Shown here: positions 63,053 through 64,000 of the stretch, one piece after another
How positions within the stretch are numbered: position 1 is the first letter of the stretch
Layout: every line of letters starts with the position of its first letter
Source of the DNA: Octopus bimaculoides
Taxonomy: Eukaryota
Length of the DNA: 64,000 bases
Reading direction: 5' to 3'
Assembly: GCF_001194135.2 (NCBI RefSeq)
Contig: NC_068985.1
Span: forward strand, 33,908,001-33,972,000
Program-made: the position numbers and the translations under genes
Notes under the pieces: generated by a model
The model's database searches: none
Told to the model about the DNA's origin: nothing
What the model saw: the letters and a program-made list of their open reading frames with translations, nothing else

Positions 63053-63574
63053 TCAGGGTTATTCAAAAAGAACGAACAAATTTCATTACGCAATATTTTA
63101 ATAAGGAAAAGCAATAGAAAACTCCAGCTAAGTCACAAGTATTTACTCAAAATCAACTTTTATTTCCTGTCTTACAAGTGTTCAATGTAATCACCACCTG
63201 CAGTACGGGCAACATCAATGCGATAAGAGAATTCCCTTCAGATGCATATCAGCATATCAAAAGCAAGTTCATTATGGGACGAAGGAATAAATTTGCTTTG
63301 CTTGAGGCGATTCCAGAGGATATTGACATAGAAGAGAAATGGAAAAACTTCAATAAAGCATTCAACTAGACAGCAGAAGTACTCAGTGGATCGTGATATG
63401 CTGATACGCGTCGGAGGAATTCTCTTATCACATTGATGTTGCCCTTGCTGCAGGTGGTGGTGGCCACATTGAACACTTGTTAGACAGGAAATAAAAGTTG
63501 ATTGTGAGTGAATACTTGTGACTTAGCTGGAGTTTTCTATTGCTTCTCCTTATTAAAATATTGCGTATTGAAAT
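63053..63574. mobile_element. Foldback (long-TIR) element derived from Tc1/mariner ends
   Basis: Inverted arms of about 180 bp at 63080-63259 and 63394-63574. The right arm reads AGGGGHIEHL, a transposase C-terminus-like motif. Confidence 0.75.
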
Positions 63575-63659
63575 CATGTATGTATATGTGTGTGTGTGTA
63601 TATATACGTATGTAAATATACATATGTATATATGTATGTATGTATATATACATATGTAT

Positions 63660-64000
63660 ATCATCATTGTTTAACGTCCGCTTTCCATGCTAGCATGGGT
63701 TGGACAATTTGACTGAGGACTGGTGAACCAGGTGGCTACACCAGGCTCCAATCTGATTTGGCAGAGTTTCTACAGCTGGATGCCCTTCCTAACGCCAACC
63801 ACTCCGAGAGTGTAGTGGGTGCTTTAACATGTCACCGGCACGAAGGCCAGTCAGGCAGTACTGGCAACGGCAATGCTCAAAATGGTGTATTTTACATGCC
63901 ACCTGCACAGGAGTCAGTCCAGCAGCACTGGCAACGATCTCACTCGAATGTCTTTACACGTGCCAGGAGGCGACGCTGGGCACAGGTGCCATCACGATTT
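63660..64000 (-). mobile_element. SINE family C, truncated by the window end
   Basis: Matches 39268-39604. Confidence 0.8.

Overview
AT-rich, repeat-dense eukaryotic genomic DNA. The SINE families and compound microsatellites suggest an octopus or other coleoid cephalopod (inference). I assembled three spliced protein-coding genes by hand from splice sites and reading frames. (1) A 2-exon THAP zinc-finger gene on + (709-5408, 162 aa). (2) COMMD9 on - (6 exons, 45096-13885, 199 aa). (3) A 4-exon, 135-aa acidic low-complexity protein on + (45332-47803) that resembles prothymosin/parathymosin and is head-to-head with COMMD9 across 235 bp carrying E-box, CCAAT and E2F motifs. The rest is introns and intergenic DNA filled with tRNA-derived SINEs, RTE/CR1/Penelope-like LINE fragments, decayed Tc1/mariner and hAT elements, microsatellites and one 900-nt N gap. 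Most interesting: the prothymosin-like gene and its shared promoter, an inverted repeat with a hammerhead-ribozyme-like core in each arm in COMMD9 intron 1, an apparently CpG-retaining block of about 9 kb inside COMMD9, a LINE fragment flanked by 19-bp direct repeats, and a foldback element built from Tc1/mariner ends around a LINE-like piece. No database searches or folding programs were run; family assignments rest on recalled motifs.
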